Below are positions 49,161 to 63,043 of a stretch of DNA of 64,000 nucleotides, piece by piece. The position numbers and the translations under genes were made by a program. The stretch spans positions 497,142 to 561,141 of the forward strand of contig JADJWO010000001.1 of NCBI GenBank assembly GCA_016716325.1, in the 5' to 3' direction. This DNA comes from Nitrosomonadales bacterium. Its GTDB lineage: Bacteria; Pseudomonadota; Gammaproteobacteria; Burkholderiales; Gallionellaceae. How positions within the stretch are numbered: position 1 is the first letter of the stretch; the number at the start of each line of letters is the position of its first letter. The notes under the pieces were generated by a model, which ran no database searches, was not told the origin of the DNA, and worked only from the letters and a program-made list of their open reading frames with translations.

Positions 49161-51434
49161 TTATAATGCAAACGACATTTCGACAGTCAGATTCCTTCCG
49201 GGCAACAGGAAATAGGAATAGGCCTTGGTGTTAAACAGATTGTTGATATCCAGCCTCCCTTTGACACCCCTTGAAAACTCATAGCCGATGTTCGCGTTCA
49301 CCATGGTATGCGCGTCATAACTACCCGGCACGCCTTCGACGATATCGGTGTTCTGCGCCGTCCAGAATATATGACTGTAATGGCGCGCGCTCAGAACACC
49401 CGTCCATGCTCCCTGTCGCGCCGTCAACGAAACTCCGGCGATGTTCTTGGGTACATCAGTGAGCCGTTTGCCCACACTCAAAGGGTCAGCCAGATTATCG
49501 AGCATCCTCGAATCGATGTATGCGTAATTGGCTTCCAGTTCAAGCCTGCCTGTCAATCTGGTGGCAACAGCCAGTTCGAGCCCCTTTACTTTGGCTTTGC
49601 CGGCATTGATGCGCAGCGACTTTGTCGCGGAGACTTGCTGCAAATAAATCAGATCGCTTAACTGTGTTTCGTAATAGGTAGCAGTGAATTTGCTGCCTTC
49701 GCCATTTCTCCATTCCCCTCCCAGTTCCCATGTCGTACCTTGTTCGGGTTTGAGATCCGGGTCGCCGGTCGTCGTACGCCCTCTACTGGTTGAGGATGTG
49801 TATAGATCCTGATTGGTCGGCGCGCGAAACGATTTCCCAAAAGAAGTTCGCAATGTCACTGTATCAAACGGTTTGTACACTGCAGATATTTTGGGACTGA
49901 TTGCAGAGACTGTGCGCGAAGCATGGATCGTTGTTCCGAGCGGGGCGATATTGCTGAAGTTGTCACCCTGAGTCTTCCAGTCATCCCACCTTCCACCCAG
50001 ATACAACGTGAACGCATCCGTCACATTGATTTCATCTTGGGCAAAGATCGAGACTGTCGTTGATTGACCGTTGTAACCACTGTTCACGGCCCTTGTTGAA
50101 CCCGGGTCACGCCAGTTTGAAAGTTCGAGGATCTGCTGGTTTACCTTGTCCTGATGCAGTGCGATGCCGGTAACCAGAAAGTGCCGCTCTCCGACAGGAA
50201 AACTCAACTGCACCGAGCCGTCGATCGCATCGTTCGGCGTGTCCGACAAAGTACCCGTACCGTTATCCCAATTGGCAGTCGGACTAGCCATGGTGAACTG
50301 GTAGCCGCGTGTGATCTTTGCCATATCTATTTTCAACAAATAGTCGTCACCTATCACGCCGTCATAACCGAGCAGGAATTGCGTCGTCGTTTCGCGCAAA
50401 GGCAGGAACGAGAAGAGTGTGAAATCGTAATTCGTCAGTACAACACGCTGACCGTTGACATTGAGTGTTCCGCTACTGACGGGTGCGCCGGTCGCGGCAT
50501 CCCTGAGATAGGTATTGAATCCCGTAGCCCGTTGGCTGGTTTCCTGATAGTTGATTCCGGCGTATATTTTGTCGCCTGCGTTCAAATCATAGTAAAGCTT
50601 CGTTGTCGCGTTGATCGAGCGCCAAGGTGTTCTGCCAAGGTCACCGACCAGATAGGCAGGCAAACCATCTCGGGTCGTGATCGGTTTTGCTCCGGTGACA
50701 GGTGTGCCCGGCACCCCAGCAACCGGCCTCTTGACCGCGAAATCGTTCACATAGCTGTCGCGATTCTGATACCCCAGCCCGGCGACGAGCCCGACCCCGT
50801 TCTCCATCCTGCCACGGAAATACACGCTGACATCCTCGCCGCCGGCGTCACCCCAGCCTTTTTTTATCTTGGTCGTGAACTCGCGTCGATCCGGTCGCTT
50901 GCTGATGATGTTGACCACACCGCCGATTGCGTTGCTGCCATACAGCGAGGAAAAGGCTCCCGGCACGATCTCGATGCGCTGGATGTCCTCTATAAACGGT
51001 ATGCGCCAGTTCACCTTGCCCGAGCTGGCATCCTGTAAGGGCTGGCCGTCCAGCAACACCAGCGTGCGCGACTGGTCGATGCCGCGCAACGACATGCTGC
51101 TCGTCCCCTGTGTGCCCTGCGACTGTCCCAGAGCACCTCCACGCACGTACAAGCTGGGCACCTGCTGCAGCGCGTCGCCCAGTCGCGTGGTGTTCTTCGT
51201 CTGGATGTCCGATGCCGTGACCACCGTCACACCTGTCGGCGCCTGCTGTGCGCCGATTTCACTGCGCGTCGCCGTCACCACCACCTCGCCCAGCATATCC
51301 TGAGCACCTGCCGGAACGGCCCAACACAGTACCAAACATATTGCCGACCAGCTCCGGACACTTCCATTCCAGACCACTTCCACCCCCATCGCAAAAAAGA
51401 AAGGCGGGGATGCCCCCGCCCCTCGTCGAATCAT
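49161..51434 (-). CDS. TonB-dependent outer-membrane receptor
   Basis: Plug-domain motifs (VVVTATRSE, RGIDQSRTLVLLDG) and a C-terminal beta-barrel ending ...VEMSFAL. The start is uncertain (51434 or 51389). Confidence 0.85.
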   Translation of the reverse strand: MIRRGAGASPPFFFAMGVEVVWNGSVRSWSAICLVLCWAVPAGAQDMLGEVVVTATRSEIGAQQAPTGVTVVTASDIQTKNTTRLGDALQQVPSLYVRGGALGQSQGTQGTSSMSLRGIDQSRTLVLLDGQPLQDASSGKVNWRIPFIEDIQRIEIVPGAFSSLYGSNAIGGVVNIISKRPDRREFTTKIKKGWGDAGGEDVSVYFRGRMENGVGLVAGLGYQNRDSYVNDFAVKRPVAGVPGTPVTGAKPITTRDGLPAYLVGDLGRTPWRSINATTKLYYDLNAGDKIYAGINYQETSQRATGFNTYLRDAATGAPVSSGTLNVNGQRVVLTNYDFTLFSFLPLRETTTQFLLGYDGVIGDDYLLKIDMAKITRGYQFTMASPTANWDNGTGTLSDTPNDAIDGSVQLSFPVGERHFLVTGIALHQDKVNQQILELSNWRDPGSTRAVNSGYNGQSTTVSIFAQDEINVTDAFTLYLGGRWDDWKTQGDNFSNIAPLGTTIHASRTVSAISPKISAVYKPFDTVTLRTSFGKSFRAPTNQDLYTSSTSRGRTTTGDPDLKPEQGTTWELGGEWRNGEGSKFTATYYETQLSDLIYLQQVSATKSLRINAGKAKVKGLELAVATRLTGRLELEANYAYIDSRMLDNLADPLSVGKRLTDVPKNIAGVSLTARQGAWTGVLSARHYSHIFWTAQNTDIVEGVPGSYDAHTMVNANIGYEFSRGVKGRLDINNLFNTKAYSYFLLPGRNLTVEMSFAL

Positions 51435-51441
51435 CCCATGC

Positions 51442-53238
<1,797 letters not shown>

Positions 53239-54690
53239 TCAGTCGTGCGACACCACCACCTGCATCGGGCGACTCTCACCCTTGCCGATGGTCAGCAAGT
53301 CCCACACCAGCAAGATGAAGCCGACGAGGAACATCACGCCGAACGCCTCGCGCCACCACATACCTTGTACGAACCAGGGATGTATCTGTGCCGCGAAATA
53401 TCCCGTCCACGAAGAGCCTTCGATAGCGCGCTCGATCTGAGACTGGACGTAGCCGGAGATCAACATCGCAACCGTCATGCCGATCATGCCGAGGTTGAGC
53501 AGACCCAGTGACCATTTCCACTTCCAGCCATTACCGGGCAGATCACCGGACATCCAGACGCCCCCTCTCCAACGCTGCACACCGAGGTAGAACATGGCGA
53601 TGATGATGGTGGCGTAGGCACCAAAGAATGCGAGGTGACCGTGCGATGCCGACCATTGTGTGCCGTGGGTGTAGAGATTGATCTGCGGCAAGGTGTGCAT
53701 GAAGCCCCACACACCCGCACCGAAGAAGTTACCGAAAGCGTGGGCGATCAACCAGGCCATGGCGGGATGGTTGTTGTTCTTGACATGACGCGCACCTGCA
53801 TCGAACACAGCATGCACCACCATCGCCACCAACGGGATCGGTTCGAGCGCAGAGAAGAAACCACCGATGCTGAACCAGTATTCAGGTGTGCCAATCCAGA
53901 AGTAGTGGTGACCCAAGCCCAAGATGCCGGAACCGAACATCAATGCGACTTCGATGTACAGCCATGTCTCGACGATCTTGCGGCTCACGCCCAACACCTT
54001 CATCAGACCGTAAGCCATGATGCAGGCGACCATCACCTCCCAAGTCGCTTCTACCCACAGATGGATCACCCACCACCACCAGTATTGGTCGATGGAGATG
54101 TTGGTGGTGTAGAACATACCGGCCAGATAGATGCCGAATAAAGCCAGCATATCCAGCACCAACACACCCGCGATACCGGTGTAACGGCCTTTGGAAAAAG
54201 TCGCTGCCACGTTGTAGAACACCACCAGAACGCTGACCACGATACCGATGTCGGCCCAGCGCGGCGCTTCGATGTATTCACGCCCTTCGTTGATGAGCCA
54301 GATGGAAGATTCCTTGCCGGGGCCGATCTGCACCAGCAGATACACCAGCACCACCACGGTGACTGCCGCTGTGAGTACCCAATAGATCAGGTTGCCCAGC
54401 TTGAGCCCTACTACCTCATGTTGCGATTCTTCTTCCAGCAACCAATACACCGAGCCTAAGAATCCATACAGCAACCACACCACCAGCGCATTGATATGCA
54501 CCATACGGTTGACGCTGAAATCCAACACACCATATAAAAAGTCTGGGTACAGGTATTGCAGTCCAGAGAGCAGACCAAACAATACTTGTGCGCCGAACAA
54601 CACGATCGCCACAGTGAAATATTTCACCGCCAGCTTCTGCCCACCGTTCAGGTTGGCACTATCCAACATTCCTAGCGTCGCCATGATCAA
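53239..54690 (-). CDS. norB: nitric oxide reductase large subunit (cNOR NorB)
   Basis: 483 aa, 12-helix haem-copper-oxidase-like protein with conserved His (HLWVEATWE, GHHYFWIG, HGHLAFFGAY). Confidence 0.9.
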   Translation of the reverse strand: MIMATLGMLDSANLNGGQKLAVKYFTVAIVLFGAQVLFGLLSGLQYLYPDFLYGVLDFSVNRMVHINALVVWLLYGFLGSVYWLLEEESQHEVVGLKLGNLIYWVLTAAVTVVVLVYLLVQIGPGKESSIWLINEGREYIEAPRWADIGIVVSVLVVFYNVAATFSKGRYTGIAGVLVLDMLALFGIYLAGMFYTTNISIDQYWWWWVIHLWVEATWEVMVACIMAYGLMKVLGVSRKIVETWLYIEVALMFGSGILGLGHHYFWIGTPEYWFSIGGFFSALEPIPLVAMVVHAVFDAGARHVKNNNHPAMAWLIAHAFGNFFGAGVWGFMHTLPQINLYTHGTQWSASHGHLAFFGAYATIIIAMFYLGVQRWRGGVWMSGDLPGNGWKWKWSLGLLNLGMIGMTVAMLISGYVQSQIERAIEGSSWTGYFAAQIHPWFVQGMWWREAFGVMFLVGFILLVWDLLTIGKGESRPMQVVVSHD

Positions 54691-55280
54691 TTCTCCTGTT
54701 CGATGGATTTGAAGTTATAGGGGAAGCCGTTGGTGTCGATGCTGGACATCCACTTCAGGAAAGCCACCACGCCACGCGCTTCCTCATCGGTGATCTCCAA
54801 CTTGGGCATGCGACGTCCCATGCTGTTGTGTACCTTGTCGGAAGGATCTTTGATGAAAGCGAGCATCTGCTCCTCGCGCACTTCTTTGGTACCCCAATAC
54901 TGATCCAGCCATGATTTGGTGAGATCGGGCGCGTAGTAAGCACCGTTGCCCAGCAAGGTATGGCAGTTCATGCAGTTCTTCGACTGCGTGGTCAACTTAC
55001 CCAGTTTGACCAGGGCTTCAGCTTCTTCTTCGGTCAACTCTTTACCGAACAAAGGCTCTTTCGCTCCGATGACTGGCACCTGCACGTGACGCGTCTCGTC
55101 GAACTTGTATTCGATGCGATGATTGATGACCGAATACGCCGGAACACGTTTTGAGCCGCTCGATATTTGCGGGATCGTGTCCATCGTTAAAAATATCAAT
55201 GCGACGAATGACCCACCGGTGACCCAGATGGCCGTCTTGCGCCAGAATGATTCAGATGCCCACCACTGGTTTGCAGCCAT
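54687..55280 (-). CDS. norC: nitric oxide reductase cytochrome c subunit
   Basis: N-terminal anchor helix and a CMNCH haem-c motif. A 4-nt overlap couples it to norB. Confidence 0.85.
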   Translation of the reverse strand: MAANQWWASESFWRKTAIWVTGGSFVALIFLTMDTIPQISSGSKRVPAYSVINHRIEYKFDETRHVQVPVIGAKEPLFGKELTEEEAEALVKLGKLTTQSKNCMNCHTLLGNGAYYAPDLTKSWLDQYWGTKEVREEQMLAFIKDPSDKVHNSMGRRMPKLEITDEEARGVVAFLKWMSSIDTNGFPYNFKSIEQEN

Positions 55281-55298
55281 GGCTTTCTCCTCTTCTAT

Positions 55299-55676
55299 TT
55301 AAGTTGATGAATTCTCGGAAGCAGCAGGAATCTCATGCGCGTTCGCATGCGTACCCACGCACAAATGCCAGATCGCATGCGGCGCGAGCAGATAACCGAC
55401 CAGCATGAATACGACGACCGCCTGCCAAACCGGGTGATTGAACAGATTGGCCGCATCGGCCAGGAACAGCACGGATGCGAACAATCCGGCGTAGGAGGCA
55501 TATGCCAAAGGCATCAATTTCGAGGATTTCCTGATGCGCGAATAGGCGAACAACAAGGCATACAAGGCACCGCACATGATCACCATCGCAGATGTGAAAA
55601 AGATGGTGAAAAAATTTGCAAGGCTGGCTGGCTCTATCATTTCATTCCCTACGAACGACAGGGTTAATTGATTCAT
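55299..55676 (-). CDS. hypothetical 4-helix membrane protein upstream of norCB
   Basis: 125-aa ORF with four hydrophobic segments, ending 18 nt upstream of norC. Confidence 0.45.
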   Translation of the reverse strand: MNQLTLSFVGNEMIEPASLANFFTIFFTSAMVIMCGALYALLFAYSRIRKSSKLMPLAYASYAGLFASVLFLADAANLFNHPVWQAVVVFMLVGYLLAPHAIWHLCVGTHANAHEIPAASENSST

Positions 55677-55800
55677 TCGCCGTCAATGTATTCCATTTTT
55701 CATAAACATTCAACAGTAATGAATGTAATATAACCTGTAACGGGACATCATCCCGGTCTTGCTCCTATAATCGGACCCCCATATAAAACGAACACCCGCC

Positions 55801-56220
55801 ATGCAACTCAACCTGTCCACCGACATTGCCTTGCGCACCCTGATCTATCTCGGTCAAAAGGACGCGCCGGCCACCATCAATGAGGTTTCCGAAGCGTTCG
55901 ATATCTCCAAGACTCATCTGATGAAGGTGGTCATGACCCTGGTCTCGTCGAATCTGCTCGTCAGTGAGCGCGGCAGGAACGGGGGCATCCGTTTGGCACT
56001 TGATGCGAAAGACATTGCGATAGGTGAAGTTGTCCGGCTGATGGAAAACCATCTCGCGCTGGTGATCTGCATGAAAGAGGATGCAACGAATGATGTCTGC
56101 CCGCTGATGCCGCAATGCCGGTTAAGAAGCGTATTCTTTGACGCGCAACTTGCGTTTCTTGACTCATTGAATAGATGCTCTTTGGCCGATCTATTGATGC
56201 CCTCCGCTAAAAAACGGTGA
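55801..56220 (+). CDS. nsrR: Rrf2-family NO-sensing repressor (NsrR-like)
   Basis: N-terminal wHTH (MQLNLSTDIALRTLIYLG...INEVSEAFDISKTHLMKVV) and three Cys in VICMKEDATNDVCPLMPQC. Divergent from the nor operon. Confidence 0.75.
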   Translation: MQLNLSTDIALRTLIYLGQKDAPATINEVSEAFDISKTHLMKVVMTLVSSNLLVSERGRNGGIRLALDAKDIAIGEVVRLMENHLALVICMKEDATNDVCPLMPQCRLRSVFFDAQLAFLDSLNRCSLADLLMPSAKKR

Positions 56221-56924
56221 CCATGGACATCAAAAACACCATCAAATCATTCCGACCGAATTCTCTGCCGGCCAGTTTTGCCGAAAAGGCGCGCAGCGGA
56301 TTCGCCGGAGGACTCGCGATCTTCCTGCTGGCATGGGCGCTCTACCACCTGCCGCAGCCCGAATATCCGCTGCTGTTGCTCGGCTCGATGGCGGCTTCCG
56401 CAGTGCTGCTGTTCGCGGTTCCGCACAGCCCGCTCGCGCAGCCATGGAACCTGATCGGCGGCCACTTCGTCTCGGCGCTTGCCGGCTGGACGGCCATCCA
56501 TCTGGTCGCCGACCCGGTGACCGCCGCCGGCGTCGCCGTCGGCTCCGCCATCTTCCTGATGTATTTGCTGAACTGCCTGCACCCGCCCGGCGCGGCGACC
56601 GCGCTGACACTGGTGCTGGGTGCGCCCCAGTTCCAGCAGATGGGCTGGCACTGGGTCGCGCTGATCGTGGCCGCCAATGCCGGCATCTTCCTGCTGTTGG
56701 CCCTGATCATCAACAATTCCCTGCCGCAGCGCCGCTACCCGGCCATGTCAGCCAAACCGCCCCCCCCGTTGCCGGAAACGACCATCATCCCGGAACAAGA
56801 AGACCTGGAATGGGCGCTGGGCCGGATGGACAGCATGATAGACATCAATATCGAAGACCTGAACAGCATCTATGCAGCTGCGCATGAACATGCCCAATCG
56901 CGCTTCGATTCAAGGATCAAGTAG
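56217..56924 (+). CDS. HPP-family membrane protein
   Basis: LNCLHPPGAATAL motif, four or more helices. Confidence 0.7.
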   Translation: MTMDIKNTIKSFRPNSLPASFAEKARSGFAGGLAIFLLAWALYHLPQPEYPLLLLGSMAASAVLLFAVPHSPLAQPWNLIGGHFVSALAGWTAIHLVADPVTAAGVAVGSAIFLMYLLNCLHPPGAATALTLVLGAPQFQQMGWHWVALIVAANAGIFLLLALIINNSLPQRRYPAMSAKPPPPLPETTIIPEQEDLEWALGRMDSMIDINIEDLNSIYAAAHEHAQSRFDSRIK

Positions 56925-56934
56925 GTAAAACAGG

Positions 56935-57309
56935 ATGTTCATACTCAAGTCACTGCATGTCGCCTGCGTCATCATCAGCTTCACGTTGTTCTTCCTGCGC
57001 GGCGTCTGGCTGATGCGCGGCTCGCCGATCATGCGCCAGCGCTGGGTCAGGATCGCGCCGCACAGCGTCGACACGGTACTGCTCGCCAGTGCCATCGTCC
57101 TCGCATGGCAACTCGGCTATACCCCGTTCAATTCGCCTTGGCTGGCTGCCAAGATTGCCGCCCTGCTGCTCTATATCGGACTCGGCATGGCCGCATTCAG
57201 GTTCGCCGGTACACCCCGGCTGCGCATGGCGTCATGGCTTTCGGCACAAGCCGTTTTCCTGTACATCGTCGCTGCGGCGGTCACGCACGACCCGTTGCTT
57301 ACCTTGTGA
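56935..57309 (+). CDS. SirB2/YchQ-family membrane protein
   Basis: 124 aa. HVACVIISFTLFFLRG...PHSVDTVLLASAI pattern. Confidence 0.6.
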   Translation: MFILKSLHVACVIISFTLFFLRGVWLMRGSPIMRQRWVRIAPHSVDTVLLASAIVLAWQLGYTPFNSPWLAAKIAALLLYIGLGMAAFRFAGTPRLRMASWLSAQAVFLYIVAAAVTHDPLLTL

Positions 57310-57319
57310 AAGACTATCC

Positions 57320-57856
57320 GTGAGTACACTGATTGGCGGCACCGATGCCCCGGGATTCGACGAACCGCTGGAAATGCTGCATGCCTGTCACGACAGGATA
57401 CAAGCCCAGTGCGACACCCTGCTCAGGCTGGCGGCGCATCTCCGGCTGAATGGCAACGATGCGCAGGCAAGCCAGGCAGCACGCGCCATCCTGCGTTATT
57501 TCGACACCGCCGGGCGGCATCATCATCAGGACGAGGAACGCGACCTGCTCCCCCTGCTGCTCGCCACCAGCGATCCGTCCACCCCGGCGTTGATCGCGCG
57601 CCTGCTGGCCGAGCATCAGCAGATGGATGCCGCATGGCAACGCCTGCGCCCTCTCCTGACCGACATTGCGGAAGACCGGGCCGACCGGCTCGACGAAGAA
57701 TCCGCGACGCATTTCGCCGGGCTGTATGCCAAACACATCGCGCTGGAGAACGGGGAACTATTGCCGCTGGCCGCTCGCCTGCTCGACCCGCAACAACTGG
57801 AACGCCTCGGCAGGAACATGGCGGAACGGCGCGGCGTTTCCTTTGCAGACGCCTAG
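57320..57856 (+). CDS. hemerythrin-like (HHE cation-binding) domain protein
   Basis: His/Glu-rich helices: LEMLHACHDRI, GRHHHQDEERDLLPLL, LAEHQQMD. GTG start inferred at 57320. Confidence 0.6.
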   Translation: MSTLIGGTDAPGFDEPLEMLHACHDRIQAQCDTLLRLAAHLRLNGNDAQASQAARAILRYFDTAGRHHHQDEERDLLPLLLATSDPSTPALIARLLAEHQQMDAAWQRLRPLLTDIAEDRADRLDEESATHFAGLYAKHIALENGELLPLAARLLDPQQLERLGRNMAERRGVSFADA

Positions 57857-58710
57857 TCGGCCTCTTCCACCTTGAGCAGCACCTTGCGCCGTTCGCTGCC
57901 CGCGCTGTCGCCACGCGTGCCGATTCCGCCCGACTGCCCGGCCTGCTGCCGGTCGACACCGCCCACTGCCAGCCATTCGCCGAGACGCCCCGCCACCGTG
58001 GTATCGGCGCGCTGGATGCGCGTGGTCGGGTAGCCACCCTGGTCGGGTCCGGGCGCGTCGTTCTGCGTGCTGATCTCCAGGGTTACACGGTCGCCGTTGA
58101 CGCGCGGCAGCACATAAAAACCGCTGCCGACTTCCTGATATTGCGTGGTATCGATCACCTGCGTCGCACCGGGATACAGGATCACATGACGCTGCGGTAT
58201 CGGCACGGATTGCCCGGTGCGCACGAAGGCGCGGCTGCCTTCCAGCACCTGAAGTTGCTGGGTCTTGTGGTCGCTCGTCACACTGTCGGCGCGCTCGATG
58301 CGCGCCTTCAACCGGTCCTCACCGCGACCGGCCTCCACTGTCAGGCCGCCCGTACCGCCGCTTCCCGGCACGCTGACGCGCGCCTCGCGGCCCACTCCGA
58401 CACTGCCGGAAACTTCGGTCAGGCGCGTGACGGTGTCGCTGTCCACATCCTGCAGCACGGTGATCTTCAGGCGGCGCGGCGCAACGTCGATATGTTGCAG
58501 CAGTTCATGTATCTGTTCCAGGTTTTGCGGCGAGGTGCGCAGGATGAGCTGGTAGTTCATACCGCTGGCGACAGCGTCCTTGTCCAGCAAGGGCCGGATG
58601 ACGGGCAGCAGTTCTTCGGCGCTGCGATGCTTGAGCGCGATGACTTCCAGTTCCGCCCACGAGGGTGCGGACGACAGCAGCAGGACCAGGCACACGAGAA
58701 GGCTTTTCAT
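57853..58710 (-). CDS. secreted protein with a secretin-N/NolW-like domain
   Basis: Signal peptide MKSLLVCLVLLLSSAPSWA, then EVIALKHRSAEELLPVIRPLL..., typical of the short N-domains of secretins. Confidence 0.5.
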   Translation of the reverse strand: MKSLLVCLVLLLSSAPSWAELEVIALKHRSAEELLPVIRPLLDKDAVASGMNYQLILRTSPQNLEQIHELLQHIDVAPRRLKITVLQDVDSDTVTRLTEVSGSVGVGREARVSVPGSGGTGGLTVEAGRGEDRLKARIERADSVTSDHKTQQLQVLEGSRAFVRTGQSVPIPQRHVILYPGATQVIDTTQYQEVGSGFYVLPRVNGDRVTLEISTQNDAPGPDQGGYPTTRIQRADTTVAGRLGEWLAVGGVDRQQAGQSGGIGTRGDSAGSERRKVLLKVEEAD

Positions 58711-58758
58711 CGGATTCCTCCTTTACAGGCGTATCCACTTTACCGTAAATTCGGCGGC

Positions 58759-59209
58759 ATGCAACTCATCATCCCCCTCATCCTCGTCCTGCTGGTCAGC
58801 GCCTGCGCCACCCCCGTTCGCACTCCCGAGCGGGTACCGGATGCGCGCATGAACGAAGTCGCCCTGTATGCGATGAGCCTGGCCGACACGCCTTACCGTT
58901 ATGGCGGCGATTCGCGCGGGGACGGGTTCGATTGCAGCGGTTTCGTTCAGTATGTGTACCTGAACACGACCGGGACGAAGCTGCCGCGCACCAGCGCGGA
59001 GATGGGCAGAACGGGAAGGAGGCTGGACAAGAGCGAGTTGCGCCCCGGTGATCTGGTGTTCTTCAATACCCGCCGCAAGGCGTATTCGCATGTCGGCATC
59101 TATGTCGGCGAGAACCGTTTCGTGCATTCGCCGAGCAGCGGAAAATCCATCACCGTCACCGATATGGACAGCCGGTACTGGCGCGCCCGTTACGACGGCG
59201 CACGGCGGG

Positions 59210-59226
<17 letters not shown>
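58759..59226 (+). CDS. NlpC/P60 (C40) peptidoglycan endopeptidase lipoprotein
   Basis: Lipobox LVSAC, catalytic FDCSGFV, and a downstream HVGIY...H segment. Confidence 0.85.
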
Positions 59227-61730
<2,504 letters not shown>

Positions 61731-61741
<11 letters not shown>

Positions 61742-62405
61742 ACTTCTTGCCCATCACGTAGATCAGGTACTCGAAGAACACCTCGCACCAGTCCTGGTCG
61801 TTTTCCTTGAGGGAATGCAGCAACTTCTTGACTTCAGTGATCGGCCACTTGGGATCGTACGCGACCAGCATCTGTTCGGGATACAGCTTGAGCGACGTCT
61901 GGAACCGCTCGGCCATCTTGCTGATCTGGTCGAACATCAGCGCGACATCCTTGTCGGTCTCGATCTCCGCCGTCAGGTCACCGTAAATCTTCGGGTTCTG
62001 CCGGGTGTACTCGATGAACTTGGTGAGGATGTAGAAGAACTCGCCCTTGTTGTCCTTGGTGACCGGGTCGCCAAGCATGAACGGCAGCACCGATAGTTCC
62101 AGCCAGTAATAGCCCAGCTTGGGATTGCGCATCTTGGACACGCCGATGAATCCCTTGCGTTTGCTGGCGCGCTGGATCGCATCGTCCAGCAGCAGCTTTT
62201 CCGAGGGACGCGAAGCGATGTCCTTGCCCACCAGAACCTCCGGCTTGAGCAGAAAGAAATCCGGAAAATCATCGTACAGCTTCCCGGAATGACTGTGCGC
62301 CTTGTAATACTGATTGAACAGTCTCAACACCAGCTCGGCGTTCTTGCTGACATCGCAATACTCGGCGGCTCGATGTTTGCCCGCGTCGGACTTTCCGTTT
62401 GTCAT
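61731..62405 (-). CDS. conserved hypothetical protein
   Basis: 224-aa ORF from MTNGKSD with host-like codon usage. No motif recognised. Confidence 0.45.
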
Positions 62406-62570
62406 AGCGAATACCCCACTTAACCTCCCCATTATGACCCTAGAGACAGATCTTTTATTATGTCCCGATTATGATACCTTCGTGTGCTAGACTTGTGCAT
62501 AGATTCGGAAATATTTTTTTAGTATCCTTATCCTGTATGGAAACTGACCAAAGCAAACTACGGAGGTAGC

Positions 62571-63041
62571 ATGAAAACATTTCTGCTGGCTATTTTCCTG
62601 GCTTTTTTCAGCCTAAGCGCCCATGCCGCACTCAGCAAGTGGGTGGACGAGAACGGCAAGGTACACTACTCCGATCAGCCACCGCTCAACGTAAAAACGA
62701 CCACCTTGCGCACCTCCGCTTCCCCCTCCACACCCGCTGTGGACGGCGACGCATCCAGGGATGCGCCTGCCGCGCAAAAGACCTATGTGGAACGGGAAGC
62801 GGAACTGAAGAAAGCCCAACAAGCCGGAAAGGAAACCGCCGAGCGTGCCGCACAGGAACAGGAAGTCGCGGAAGTCAACAGAAAGAACTGCGAGATCGCG
62901 CGGAGTAACCTTGCGTCGTTACAGGCGGGCGGCAGGCTGGTCGAATACGACGCCAATGGCGAGCGCCGCTTCGTGGAAGACGCCGAACTGAGGCAGCGTA
63001 TCGCCAAGGAACAGCAGGACATCGGCACTTTCTGCAAGTAA
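62571..63041 (+). CDS. DUF4124-domain protein
   Basis: Signal peptide, then KWVDENGKVHYSDQPP, the DUF4124 signature. Confidence 0.7.
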   Translation: MKTFLLAIFLAFFSLSAHAALSKWVDENGKVHYSDQPPLNVKTTTLRTSASPSTPAVDGDASRDAPAAQKTYVEREAELKKAQQAGKETAERAAQEQEVAEVNRKNCEIARSNLASLQAGGRLVEYDANGERRFVEDAELRQRIAKEQQDIGTFCK

Positions 63042-63043
63042 AG

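Noticed and set aside
56760-56767. C8 tract inside the HPP-family gene as a phase-variation switch
   Set aside because: It encodes an in-frame PPPP linker in an intact core gene, and nothing in the context suggests switching.
57409-58758. N-terminal ~450 aa of the tracked 605-aa plus-strand ORF 57409..59226
   Set aside because: Only the last 155 aa (NlpC/P60, from ATG 58759, with a lipobox) look real. The upstream part is Arg/Ala/Pro-rich. It is antisense to a signal-peptide-bearing minus-strand gene and overlaps the hemerythrin-like gene.
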